This document shows positions 1 through 12,450 of a DNA stretch of 64,000 bases, piece after piece. The DNA is from Kudoa neothunni (lineage: Eukaryota > Animalia > Cnidaria): the NCBI GenBank assembly GCA_964304625.1, contig OZ199840.1, forward strand, positions 2,280,587-2,344,586, given 5' to 3'. The notes under the pieces were generated by a model. The model was given only the letters and a program-made list of their open reading frames with translations. It was not told the origin of the DNA and made no database searches. Both the position numbers and the translations under genes were made by a program. The first letter of the stretch is position 1. Each line of letters begins with the position of its first letter.

Positions 1-1260
1 CATTATACGCGGGATTTCCCCAATTATCTTTAATTCCCAGATTTTTCTCAATTATTTTAATTTCTACGATAGCTGCTCCCTCTACAGCACTATCTTCTTC
101 ATTTTTATTTAAATTAGTTAACTCTAAAGATGCTTCATTCTTTCCAATGTCAGTAATAGTGGGTTGACTGGTACGGACTATAAAATTGATAAGAGACATT
201 AGATAGATTACAGTTTACATGTGATAGTTTGAATAAACTCTTTGGATATGATCTTGTCTAGGGGTTTTACAAGTACTTGAGCGAATTTCAAGGTTGGATT
301 ATGTTGATGATATAATGTCGCTTTGTAGCAAGGCTGAAGACAAGGCCCAGCTCTATTCATCTCTGAGCAATAAGAGGAAAAATGAGAGTCATTAATATCT
401 TTTATTCCAAAGTAACAAATTTGCGAAGGTTTTGGATTCTGGAGGGTAATTGTGTAATAATTATCATTGGTTCCTTTTGACCCTGTTGCAATAAACCAAT
501 CCTCATCAAGATTTTTTGGATTCAATAAAATTTCTGGTGAGCGATTGTCGATTCCAACCACATACGTAGGTTGATATGATTTAGAAGGTAATGTAATAGA
601 TTTGACTGAATAAAAGGCTTCCGACAATCCTTGGTTGTGTCCTGGAACCGAACCTTTGATTGTTATTTCGCTGTTTTGTTTACTTTGAATTGAAACAATG
701 AATGTATTATTTATTTTAGTTGCTGTCAACGAGCTTTTTATGTAAAGATCTATTTTATGACATTAAAGTTTTAGAAAAAATGTTATTATACTTTTTGTAG
801 TATAAACCCTCTTTATAGAGCATTTTTTAACATCACTCTCACTCATTCCTTGACACCATTTAATATACTTAATGGTTTTAAAACCTTCGCCACTGAGGTT
901 TAAACCAACTTTTCTACATTGGAAAATACACATTTTTGCATCCTCATCCACTTTTGCACCACTTATGTCCGTATCGCAGGTAGAAACGGTGTTAATTATT
1001 TCCTTATTATAGCCATAATACTGGAGTGCACAGCGTTTGAAGCTATTCTCAACATTGTATCCAGAGAGTGATATAATATATTTCTTTGGGCTGTGCGAAA
1101 AATTCACTTTCATTATGTTATTATCAATATTATCAGAAATCACATTTTCCGCACATAACACTAATAACGATGAATATATATAATCTCAAAGAGAATTACG
1201 AGTGAAAATGACGAGATATATTGTAGAATCATATCGTTGTCTCATAGACAATCTCATCAT
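1..1260 (-). CDS. Cys-bridged FN3-like surface protein, paralogue 1 (spliced; 3' end runs off the window)
   Basis: ATG at 1260 gives MMRLSMRQRYDSTIYLVIFTLLCAEN (signal-like). Phase-1 GT-AG introns at 1199-1161 (39 bp), 791-750 (42 bp) and 218-178 (41 bp) join ORFs 763-1161 and 208-729 to an open exon 177-1. Internal exons are 369 and 531 nt (multiples of 3). Contains CYFGIKDINDSHFSSYCSEMNRAGPCLQPC, the same Cys spacing as the 4024-6283 gene. Confidence 0.75.
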
Positions 1261-1766
1261 AATTAGCCTACTAGTTGTGAATTAACAAAAAATTCTTGGT
1301 TTAAATTTGTATCGATATGAATAGAGGAATTCATCTTGCTAATTATTCGTACGTCCAATTCAATTAAAAAATTACCAACGTCGATCTTACGAAAATATAA
1401 TAACTATTCATATGCGACAAAGTTTTATGTGAATAAACAATCCTCTTTTCGAGTATTATTGGTCGTTTCTGATGCCCCAACTATCACATACTTCGTTCAC
1501 TCAAACAATTTTTATATAATATGCAGGAAATATTATTTTAATATTATATTATAAATCGTATATAATTTTTGGTTAAAATTTCATATCACCGAAGTGCGAT
1601 TAGTCAGAAGGCACGATAAAACAAATTTTCAATTGTATAATTGATAAAATTACGCAAAAATTATTTTCACGATAAAATAAAATCCTAAAGTGCGTGTGTG
1701 CGTGCGCATTGGAACTTTTAATTCCAGAGACTTTACTCACAAATTATATACAGATTTAATTTAATA

Positions 1767-1793
1767 CTAGCGCTAATGTCCAGTGTCGCCTGG
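1767..1793 (-). mobile_element. Possible Helitron 3' terminus (hairpin + CTAG)
   Basis: Minus strand reads CCAG-gcgaca-CTGG hairpin, then ...GCGCTAG|T, like the other Helitron ends in this window. Confidence 0.35.
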
Positions 1794-2269
1794 TACATTA
1801 TGGTGGAAAATTTTAACTTTTAATTTTTTTTTGAATGGAGAAATTCTACGTTAAAGTTAATTTAATTGGCACGTTCAACCCTGTAAAGCAGTGTTCCCAA
1901 CTTTTTTTCTAACGCGTCCCATCTTTTCTTCAAAAATAATTATTTCTAATTAAATTGTTTTACAACATTGGATCATGATTCCTATCACATTAAAAGTTGA
2001 TGTTTTTAATAGAAAACATAAAATTATTAAAACTTAATAATGAGCATTCAAACCAACAAATAATAATTTTACTGATAAACATTTTTTTGGGTCTTGTCAT
2101 CTTTATTTGGGTGAAATTATTTTTTAATTTTGTGTTATCCGGGAAATTACCAGGTTTTATACAACAAGTCTTTCATATTATTAAATATTTAAAATTCTTA
2201 ATTGTGCATAACAAACAACAAGTAACATTATAAAAAAAATTCAAAGCAAATAAAAATACATATTGAGCG

Positions 2270-3413
2270 ATATCCTGTGAAAATTATAGCTAAGGGGTCT
2301 GGAAGAAAAATAGATATCATATTTGATGAGCCTATTCCCGACACAATTTGCAAATTTGAAATCGCCCAAAAGGGTGAAGCATTGACATCTAAATGTGGAA
2401 ATGGTGAAAATACGTGTTATTAAGTATGTCAAAACGTCACAATGGAAACAAATTATAATAAAGACAATGACAAAGAATTCGATGTTAAAATATCCACTAG
2501 GGGCGTAGAATCCGAGAAAATGTTAATGTCAAGTATTTAACTATTATTTTTACTATTTTATCTTATTTCATTAGCTGATAAAAAAGATTTCCCAATAACA
2601 ATTATCCTTAAGTATGAGGCTACATTGGGAATCTCTATGCTTCACGCGGCAAATACCGTATGCATGATGGAATTGTTTGTACAAGAGAACTACGTAAAAG
2701 TGGACCCAAATCGTGTGGGATTAAAATTGCATCCAGTTTTTGCTTCATGTGAAAACGATATAAAATTATTAAATCTTGAGGCTGATACCAAGTATATGGT
2801 TAGTGTACAACACAAAGCTTCGAGTGATGCAGCCGATACTGATGTGATACATATAAATAAAATTTTTAAAACAGGTATAAATATTTATCTTATAAACTTT
2901 AATAATTATAAAAAATAGCTAAAATTGATGATGTTACGACTGATGTTACAACATACCCTCATAACGTGATTATTCCACAAAAAATAGATCAGGAAGACTA
3001 TAAAGCAGAATGTATGATAATGCAAGCATTGAAAGATACAACTAATTTTATTCGATCGGTATGTGAAGAATCCTACAATTGCTACGGCTTGTGCACTTCG
3101 GAATTTACTGTCACTAGGCTGCAACCGGATATGGAATACACTTTCAAAGCAGTTCCACAGAGATTCTATCTGAAAACTGACGCTCCAACGAAAAATGTTA
3201 GAACAAGCATTAATGAAAAGTAAATTTCAAAGTTATATGAATCTTAGGGTCTCTATTTAAAAAGGTAGAACTTGGATAAAATCAGCCACAGGAATTGTAC
3301 AACGCAGATATGATGGAGAGCCAGTTGAATTGGAACTCTTTATCACAGGCCCGGCAGCTGTTACAGCTTCAACAACCGAAGCAACTGCTATCACTACGAG
3401 CACCCAAAAATAA
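2270..3413 (+). pseudogene. Degenerate paralogue of the FN3-like surface protein (5'-truncated, no TM)
   Basis: IDIIFDEPIPDTICKFEIAQKGEALTSKCGNGENTCY*VC aligns with INIIFDEDMRDEICKFEIKKK...NNCYQLC of the neighbouring gene, with TAA where the paralogue has CAA. Introns 2533-2574 and 2875-2918 are at homologous positions, and the 300-nt exon matches the paralogue's length. The last module is internally deleted and ends in a Thr/Ala-rich stretch (TAA at 3411-3413). Confidence 0.7.
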
Positions 3414-4023
3414 TTATTATAACATTATTAATTTTGGAATATCTTACTTTTCAATGTGAATAAAATAGTAAACAAACTTTTATTTCGATAGTTAAAGTTG
3501 ATATCTCATATTAATTCTTGTGTATTGTTTCCTTATTTTAACATAATAACATATTATGTTGTTTAATTTTTCAATATATTTATGATAATTGTTATTGTTT
3601 TTACATATACAAATTTTTACGAAATTAAACTGTATTGATTGTAAAATTGGTATAATTACATATAAACGAAAAATTATGAACACTTCTTTACAAAAAATTA
3701 ATGAGTATATCCATTTGGTCTACCTATTAGTTAACTTAGAAGGGTTCTATTATGAACCTTCATAAAAAAAAATTAATTGACTTTTAAATGCAGTATTTTG
3801 TCTTAAACATGTTTATTTTAAATGAGTTTATCAATAAGAGACATAAGGATTTAGTTTCGGATGTAAATATTGTTTATTAGCTATCAATTCTATTGTTAAA
3901 CTGCTATTCACTTGAAGAGTTCGTCCTTAATTTATTTTTCTCGTTTCTGTTGTCGCCTGAAATCATATTCGTTTGTATAATTCTTATTAAAAATTATAAA
4001 TCTGTTATAATTAAGAACCAAAA

Positions 4024-6283
4024 ATGTTGATCATTACATTGTTGATTTTCTCTTTCAGCTATAATAGTATAATTTGAGGGTTATCGAGTTTTTGCTATTA
4101 GATTTTTTTAGTCCAGTCACATAAATACTACGTTGAACGAGATCAAGCCACGTTAGAAGATAAAATCCATTTACAACTTGAAGGAGTATCTGGAATTAAA
4201 TGTGACATTAAATTGCTGGAAAAAAATGAACTTTTCTATCACTATATTAACGGTGAATCTGAAAGCGAAACACTTTCAAGACGTCTCTTGTGCGGGAAAA
4301 TACACCATTTCTACTGGAGCTGCTTTTCCTTCCTATTATATACAGATAAAATCAAAATATGCAACCGAAACTCTTAAAATAGTTCATAGTATTAGAGTTA
4401 TTAGAGATTATGAATAATTTTTTCAATAGTTACTGATCAAACTCCTGAAACTCATTTTACAATTAATGCAACCGCCATCAAATTTACAACTAAAAATGTC
4501 TGCAGTCATCCTCAAACTTGCAGACTAACCAGCGGAGATAAAGTTCTCGATCAGTTTACGCCAACTCCCAACACCGAATGCAATGAGGAAAGTCACCTTA
4601 CTGGTTTCTTCGACTCAGCCGGCGACTCAATCGAACTCTCCTGTGGAGTCAACCAACCGAAAATACACATGAATAGAAAAAACAACAAGTTGATGGAATT
4701 AAGTCCATTGGACCGACTTCCTTATCACATTTCTAAAAACGGTAACGATAAAATAAATATTATTTTCGACGAAGATATGAGAGATGAAATATGCAAATTT
4801 GAAATTAAAAAGAAATCGGAACAAAATTATCAATCAAAATGTTCTGTTAATCAAAATGAGAATAATTGTTATCAACTCTGTACTGACGCTGTAATGAACT
4901 TTGATTCGCTTCAAAACTCAGACAAAGATTTTAAAGTTAGAGTATCCACTAGAAATCATGTAGGAACAGAAAAAACTTTAAGAAGTAATTAATTTTATGC
5001 AATAATTGTAATTTAAATATTAAATAGTTGGAAAGGGTGACCTACGAGTAGCACCAAAAGAAACTAATGCGACTCTTTCTATTGCAAATCTTAAAGGTGA
5101 TGACTTGACTGACCCAAAATGTGCAATTGAGTTGAGAAAGCAGGTATTCCCTAAGGTCCCCGTTGATGTCAAATGCAGTGCTAATCTGGAAACAGCATGC
5201 CCTACTGATTGTACTGATGCCACTATTCATGGCCTCGAACCAAACACAAAATACATTGTTAAGGTAACTTATACTCAAACCAGTAGCGGTGCCACATCAT
5301 ATACCGCGGAAAAGCTTTTTAAAACAGGTAAAAAATAAAAAATTATTTATATAAAATTATTTTAAGCTGACTACAATATTACACAAAAGCCTGAGATTAA
5401 AACATACTATGAGCACGTAATGATGACTGTAGCACCAAACGAAGCTCTTTTTGATGGAGTATACTGCAAAATTCAACAAAAAATGGAGGGTGCGATTGCT
5501 TTTAGTCCTTCGGAATGTGAAGAATCAGTTGATTGTTCGGGTTTATGTGGACAACCACTTACCATTAAAAATCTTTTGCCCGATACCAAATACGAGTTCA
5601 AATATTTATTTGGCAAATACGTTAGTGACCTTGAAACAAACATTGTGGCAGTATCAACAAGTAATGTGAAGTAGGATTCCTCAATAACATTTATTAAGCT
5701 GACACGCTTCAAAATATTAATGTTACCCATACATGGAATAATACCGATTTGATTGTGACAACTACCGTGGCCGAAATGGATCCAGACCAAATATGTGATT
5801 TTACCTTTGCTGAAATAGTAAATGGGGCGATCAAATACACCTATGGATTATTTGATAAAACAACTGGATGGGAGGGAAAATGCAACCAAGAAATAACTTT
5901 TTACAATGCAGCTTCCTACAAACAAGGCTCAATGAGGGTACAGGCAAGGTACAATAGTGAGCCGATCGTAGTGAGTCTTTGGAGTGGAACGAATATGGAG
6001 AATGATGACCCCACATCACAAGAAACTGCTAAACAAGGTAAATTATATTAACAAATTATGTATTATAATTCTTTTTAGGAACTTCAAATAGGTAATATGG
6101 TTATCTCTTTAATTATTTAATCTATTTTTAATTTTGATCTAGCGCTAATGTCGGCGGATCGAAGATTATGTAATATTTTCTGGTGTCATTCGGTTCTAAT
6201 GATAATTTAGGTTGATTGTTGGTGGAGTTTTAATAGCATTATTGGTATGTGCTATCGGTTTCTTGGTCTTAACAAAGAAATAA
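4024..6283 (+). CDS. Type I membrane protein with ~6 Cys-containing FN3-like modules (~640 aa, 9 exons)
   Basis: Exons: 4024-4066 (MLIITLLIFSFSYN signal), 4112-4388, 4430-4984, 5028-5327, 5367-5660, 5699-6037, 6079-6091, 6143-6169, 6211-6283. All introns are GT-AG, 38-51 bp, and frames join in phase. FN3 Tyr-corner motifs TIHGLEPNTKYIVKV and TIKNLLPDTKYEFKY. C-terminal TM MLIVGGVLIALLVCAIGFLVL followed by TKK*. Exon 2 (277 nt) has one frameshift, probably near 4270 (error or lesion). Confidence 0.85.
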
Positions 6284-9200
6284 ATGAGTCCCTAATTTTC
6301 GATTTTACAAAAACATGAATCCAATTTTTAATAAAAATCGTTTATTATAAGATCTACTTTTATATGAGCATTTGATAAATCTGATTTTTTACAGAAAAAT
6401 TTTTAAACGCTAATAATTAACTTTAGAATGTTCTTTTATTATACCTTTTCCACATGAATACATTAAACAAGATAAATGACAACATAATCCTTAATAAATA
6501 ATTTAACTCTTTTAAAAGAATTAGCGTATTTAAATGGATAACTACGTTTAGAATTATTAAATTAAGAATAAATTAATTTTTTCCATGAAATCTTTAAAAC
6601 CAAAAATTCTAAAAAAGTAATAAAAATACCTCAATAAATACACGTGAACCAATCTTTTAGTAGTTTATAATATTAAATAAAGAGCTACTATTAAATATTA
6701 AGTATATATAACCACAAATTTATGGTAAATGTCCCTTTTTATCGTATTAATAGGAAAAAATATAAACAACAATAATTGAAGTTTGGTGCGTATGCGCCTA
6801 ATATAATGAGGTGATAATACATTTCGTATTTTGTTTTGGTAAATATTTGTGTTTACTCAACATTGATATTATTTTTATATTATAATTTATGGCGGGAATG
6901 GATACGTTTGAATTAAAATTAACAATGCTTTTATAGTAATTTTGTAAATTTCTAGTCTCTTAAATATATTAATAATTCTCTTATGGTTATTTCAAATTAG
7001 TCTAAATCTTCTTGGATGTTTTGTGTGGTTAGTTTATATTTTTATCCTATATCATATATTTATTTGTGTGTTTCATTTAAATAGTGACTGTAATTTATTC
7101 ATATTGAAATATAATATGTATAAAATAGTACTTAAAATTCAACTTGTTAATTTTTAATAATTTTCCAGTAATTAATTGATATAATTTCCATTATCCTACT
7201 TTTTATTCTACTAAATATTTCCCTTAAAAATAAATAGATATTATTCTCCTCATTCGTCATCTTATGAACTTATTATTATTTTTAATTTATAACAGCGCAT
7301 TGATAATATGCTCACCTTAAAAATAATATTACAAGGAAATTGATTCAGAATTGATAAATTAAAGGATTTGTCTTCTAGAGCTTCCATATAAAATTAAAGA
7401 TTGTATCTCTCTATAATCAAATTCATATTGAGAAAAAATAAAGATAAATTATATTCTCATGAGATTTAAAACTTTAAGCACAATATTTGATTATGATTTT
7501 TACTGTAAAAATACTCTATATTTTTTATGAACAAATTGAATCCCTATTCAGTATAAATTCTTTATCTAAATATTCTAAAAATTTTCATAACAATTTCAAT
7601 GGAAGAGGATAAGAATCAAAATTATGTTTGATACGCACATGCGTGTATGTGCATAATTATATGATAATGTTTTATATATCAATTTTTGATGTACTCTTTT
7701 AAAAATCGATTCTATAGTAATTGATTAATTACTGAGGTCAAAATTAGTTCCGATTACCCTCTGAACACATTATTCTAGAACTCCATCAAAATTAGTCTCA
7801 AATGATAAAAATTAATGTAAAATTTTTTAATATAATATATAAAAATATAATCCATATTCAATCGAGATAATTAAAATAATTAAATACTTTTATTTTCAAT
7901 CTCCAAACATGAATTGGAATGTATGATTATGCAACCAATGTCTGTGAATAATCCCTAGAAATATTTTATTTCTCTGAGATTATAAACTAAAATAATGAAA
8001 TATGACTTTTTATTGTATATATTGAAGTTTTTATACAATATATTTTGAAATAATAGCTAATTACTACGAAAGAATATAGTACTTTAAAGACTGATTGATT
8101 TAAACATATTTAAAATCTCTAAGTTTTCAATAACAGAAAATTTTACATTTTTATTTTACGTTAGAATTTAATAAAAAAACTTAGATTAAGGGTTTGAACT
8201 TAATAATCCTTAAAAAATAGGGAATGATACGATTTTAATACTCTTATTGTGAAAACGTTTACGATAATTTTAAGTAGAAACTTCGAGATTATAATTTATT
8301 ATAATATTAAGGTTAGCGGAGTTTAAATATTGCGAACAAATTTTTCACTTAATTCGGAGGATGCATTAATCTATTTTACGATTATTTAATTCAAATTTAT
8401 ATTTTATAATTTTTACCTTTTTATATAAAATAAAGAATCTCATATTGTTGATTAATCCAAATGTAATTTTTTAATAAGCATGAAATTAATGGAAAATCAA
8501 AAATATTTTTTTTCATTTTTGGACTCCAACGGCCCTTTCAGAACAAATTGTTCAACATATAGATGACGAAATATTTTATAACAATACAATATTAATATTA
8601 GGCGTATAAAAATATTAAACGATGTTAACTGGTCAAAAACGGACCCAAATTTACTATTTTGTTTCTACATTTATGTATTTTTAGTTATTTACTTTGAAAA
8701 TTATCAAGTTCCTGTATTAGGTGCGTTTCTATGTGTGAATATAGTTTATAATTTATCGGCTAAGGATTTATGCATAGAATAAGACACAGTTTTCAAATTT
8801 CATTTCATATTTGTTGTACTATTTTCTAAACCTCATATATTTATTACAATTATGATTTTCTCTCATCAAAATCAAAATTTTTGATCCAAACAACACCGCG
8901 AACCGTGAAAAACAATTTTTTTAATATAATCCACAATAGATTAACGATAATTAATCCGATTAATTATTCCGTTTGTTTTCGCTTTCGCCTGGGGGGATAA
9001 CAATATTACTTATAAATTTTTTGCATTTCCTGGATTTTAATATGATTCCTAACAACAATTTAATTATTGGTATAAGAGTTGTAACCAATGTCAACTAATG
9101 CACGATCAACAACACAGCGGTATGGCGCCACCGCTTTTTAAACTATGGCCCACAGGGTTTAACCCCGTCCGCAACCACTCATTGCATCTGTCTTAAGATA

Positions 9201-9454
9201 AATTTCATAATGAAATATTATATGCCATTTAGTATCATAGAATATTGATTCACTTGATAGTAACACTAATCCTAAATTTTATTACATTACCGAGAAAATG
9301 TCTACACGCTAACGAATGTATCTGGAGTTTGCTGCTTAAATATAAATTCATACTAATTTTTCATTCCATTTGATGATGAAAATCAACATTATTGATTTTT
9401 TAAGGAGTGTAAAATTTACCTATGTTGTTTTAGTTTAACATTATACCAATAATG

Positions 9455-11627
9455 GGTAATGAGGGAGTATCCAGCTCCAAAAATTCGACATCTTCCCGTT
9501 CACGCGCATTCCCAATTGTTTTATAATTTAATTTAACACATTTTTAAAATATTGATTGATCACAAATCAGACCAAAATTTTTATTTTTAATTTTTATAAT
9601 ATTATCAAATATTTTACCGCGATTAAAGAATCACACAGGATAGGAGATATTTTATTTAGTGGTGTTTTAAATTTTCGATAATTATAGATGTAATAGTAAC
9701 TGTTATATTTATACCTCACGTTAAATTTTAAAATTTATGTTTTAATAATTTAATCCGATTAACAATAGTTTTTACTTCAGCGTCAATTTTATAAACTTTT
9801 GTTTAATGTGAGTGCTCTATTTACTTACCTAGCGAATAAGGGTCTATTACAAAAAATGCCTGATCGGTGCAAGAATTGCCATAGGTATAACACTCTACGC
9901 CTCCAAGTTACAACGAGAAAAAGAAACAATACTTCAATCGATCTTTGTGACGATGATATTGAGAAATACTCGTATACGTGTTCAAAGTACTTTTATTTTA
10001 TGTATAGTTTTAAAATATTAATTTTAGGAGTGATTGTAGAAGGCATTTTCACCCAGGACCTCTACCTTATTTGGCGTCAATAACGCGATGGGGACGAATG
10101 TATCCAAATTAGCAGTGTCTCAGCTATTTGAGTTAATATACCTTTGGTGTATTGAAGAGCAAAGATGCATGGTGGTGGCATTAACTCAAATAACCGAGAA
10201 AATCGAATCGTCAAAATTGACAAATGCTTATTAAGAGGTCGCCGTAAAAAAACCGGGGAAGATTTTTAAGCATAGACAGATGGTTGGCCACCCCTAACTA
10301 TTTCTTAAGGAGTAGGTTATTCCGTGGAGCGACTCCTTTGAGACGTCAGCGGAGAAATGAAAGGTATGGTTACAGAATAAACGGCCCTTGGGTTGCTGGC
10401 ATTTGCGAATGCTCTGTCGATGAAGATGGCAAACGCAAATTGTTAGAATCAAGATTTTTTATTGTCCAAAAAAGGGATAAACGAACGTTGACCCAACTCG
10501 TCTTACAGGAAGTTGAAAACGGGACTACAATCTATACGGACGAGTGGTTGGGGTACACCTCTCTCCGAATTTACGGCTATAACCGTTAATCACTCTAAAG
10601 AGTATGTCACTCCAGAGGGTTACCATACTAATACGGTCGAGGTTGTGTGCCACGAAATCAGCTGGATTTCTACCTACATGAATCATGGTCGCGTTCCATT
10701 CATAAAGAATATTGGAATTTCTTCGAATATATTTTAACAGCGATCGCTACTATTTAGCAATTAAATAATAGCTAGTGAAACAAAATATTTGTGTTTTGAT
10801 TCCTTTCATCTTTTATATATTGCTATTTGTCAAAAAAACTTAAGAAAACTTTAGATTTTACTATATTAGTATTAACTATAAAATTATTATTATATTCGCA
10901 GTAAATATATTTGAGATTTCTCGCGCATGTTCGTTTAATGATAATAAATTAAAATATATGTTTATGATTTACCGCTAAGGCTTTATTAATGAAAAAATAA
11001 TTTTCGCTTATAAATGAAATTAGATTATGAATTTTTGTTAAAAAAAACAAATTTTTAATTTTTGACTCACAATTGTTTCTCAGTCTTGGTAATCAACATG
11101 ATTATATAATACATTCACTATGAATTATAGTTGTCACGGATCGTTCCTCAAAGAAGTCAATATATTTGTATAAATCAACATTAAATATTTTATTTTTGAC
11201 TTATTTATAATCCAATTATAAATAGTTAACGAATTATTCATTATACTTTTTGTAATATCATAAGGTTTTCAATTTCTTCAATATGGTTTGTTCGGTATAC
11301 CGTTATATATTTAATATTAGTACATCAAAAAAATATATGAACTAAAAAATAAATTTTTAAGTAACAATTAAGAGTCGTTAACGTAAAAAATGAAAAATTT
11401 AGGTTTATAAACACAATAAATAACTGACATATATCCTTTCGGTTCAATTTCATTAATAATTCACAGAACATATTTGATAATATTATAAAAATTAAAAATA
11501 AAAATTTTGGTCTGATTTGTGATCAATCAATATTTTAAAAATGTGTTAAATTAAATTATAAAACAATCGGGAATGCGCGTGAACGGGAAGATGTCGAATT
11601 TTTGGAGCTGAATACTCCCTCATTACC
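9455..11627 (+). mobile_element. Merlin (ISXO2/IS1595-like DDE) DNA transposon with complete ends
   Basis: ~158-bp TIRs (9455-9612 / 11470-11627) starting GGTAATGAGGGAGT, and a perfect 8-bp TSD CAATAATG (9447-9454 / 11628-11635). Internal transposase motifs VKIDKCLLRGRRK, GPWVAGICE, TIYTDEWLGY, VNHSKEYVTPEGYHTNTVE. Confidence 0.93.
9790..10740 (+). pseudogene. Merlin transposase, frameshifted and partly deleted, with one spliceosomal intron
   Basis: ORF pieces 9799-10083, 10284-10589 and 10513-10737. Removing GT-AG 9987-10027 restores the N-terminal Cys motif YTCSKSDCRR. Confidence 0.8.
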
Positions 11628-12265
11628 CAATAATGTTGCTGACAAAGAAATTCATGTAAATAACTCCAGAAACAGAAATCTGCAGTATATTTGCTACGGA
11701 ATTGTTAAACTAGGTGTATTGTTTACAATAAATGATACTGAGACAAATTCAATAAGCTTAAAACATATTTCATCTGAAGTCAAGAATTATCCCAGTAAGG
11801 CACACGCGTTTTGTTCCGGAAGTTGGCACAGGGGAAGTTAAATTCTCAACAACATCCACTAATAAATTTAAGGTTATGAAGAATAAATCATTAAAATTAT
11901 TCGTCCAACATAATAAAAATTAATCAATTCGTTAGCACAATAAAAATTTCTCCTCTGTATTTATATGGTTTGTGTTGCTTTCGTCCATCAAACGCAAATA
12001 ACAAACCATGATGAGGTAACTAACTAACAGTAGATCACTAATCTAATCTAATAGGTCGGCTCCTCCCCAAGTGATGCCGCTATCTTAATCGCATATAACA
12101 GGGTTAACAACACCACTGATAATTATCACAATTTGAAGAATAATTTGAGGTAATACTTTACTCACAATAGTTTAGCATCTAATAATCTATGCTAATTTTA
12201 AGTTAAACACAACATGTGTTTAACTTCGTATAAATAGGTAAAATCAAGAGCTGTTTATTTATTAA

Positions 12266-12450
12266 CCCTCGAAGGAGCGTGCTTAAAACACTTCTGCGTG
12301 TAACCAGGAGGGTATCCCAGGTACCTCAGATGTTTTCTATGATAGCGATTGTATTTTCTCTTAATTTTTTACATTTACAAAGGGTGGTATATTTATGACT
12401 AATATAAAAAATAATTAACTAATAAGTGAATCAATATAAAATTTCGAGGG
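12266..12450. mobile_element. Possible piggyBac-type MITE remnant
   Basis: TTAA|CCCTCGAA ... TTCGAGGG|TAAT: short inverted ends, with an imperfect TTAA on the right. Confidence 0.3.

Noticed and set aside
2420-2424. TAA aligned to Gln in the paralogue, suggesting a TAA=Gln genetic code
   Set aside because: Single instance in an otherwise damaged copy. Long Gln-rich ORFs (686 aa) contain no in-frame TAA/TAG, and TAA ends the intact genes.
5020-6019. Antisense ORFs over the FN3-like gene (also 44022-44435 over the coiled-coil gene)
   Set aside because: Shadow ORFs of the sense coding strand with no independent signal.
7260-7640. Minus-strand FDSYPLP, faintly like a Polinton/adenoviral protease motif
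   Set aside because: No catalytic His/Cys context, many stops, and no other Polinton genes nearby.
9455-11627. Bacterial IS1595/IS630 elements as contamination or recent horizontal transfer
   Set aside because: Merlin and DD34E elements are established eukaryotic relatives. This copy has a spliceosomal intron and host-like composition.
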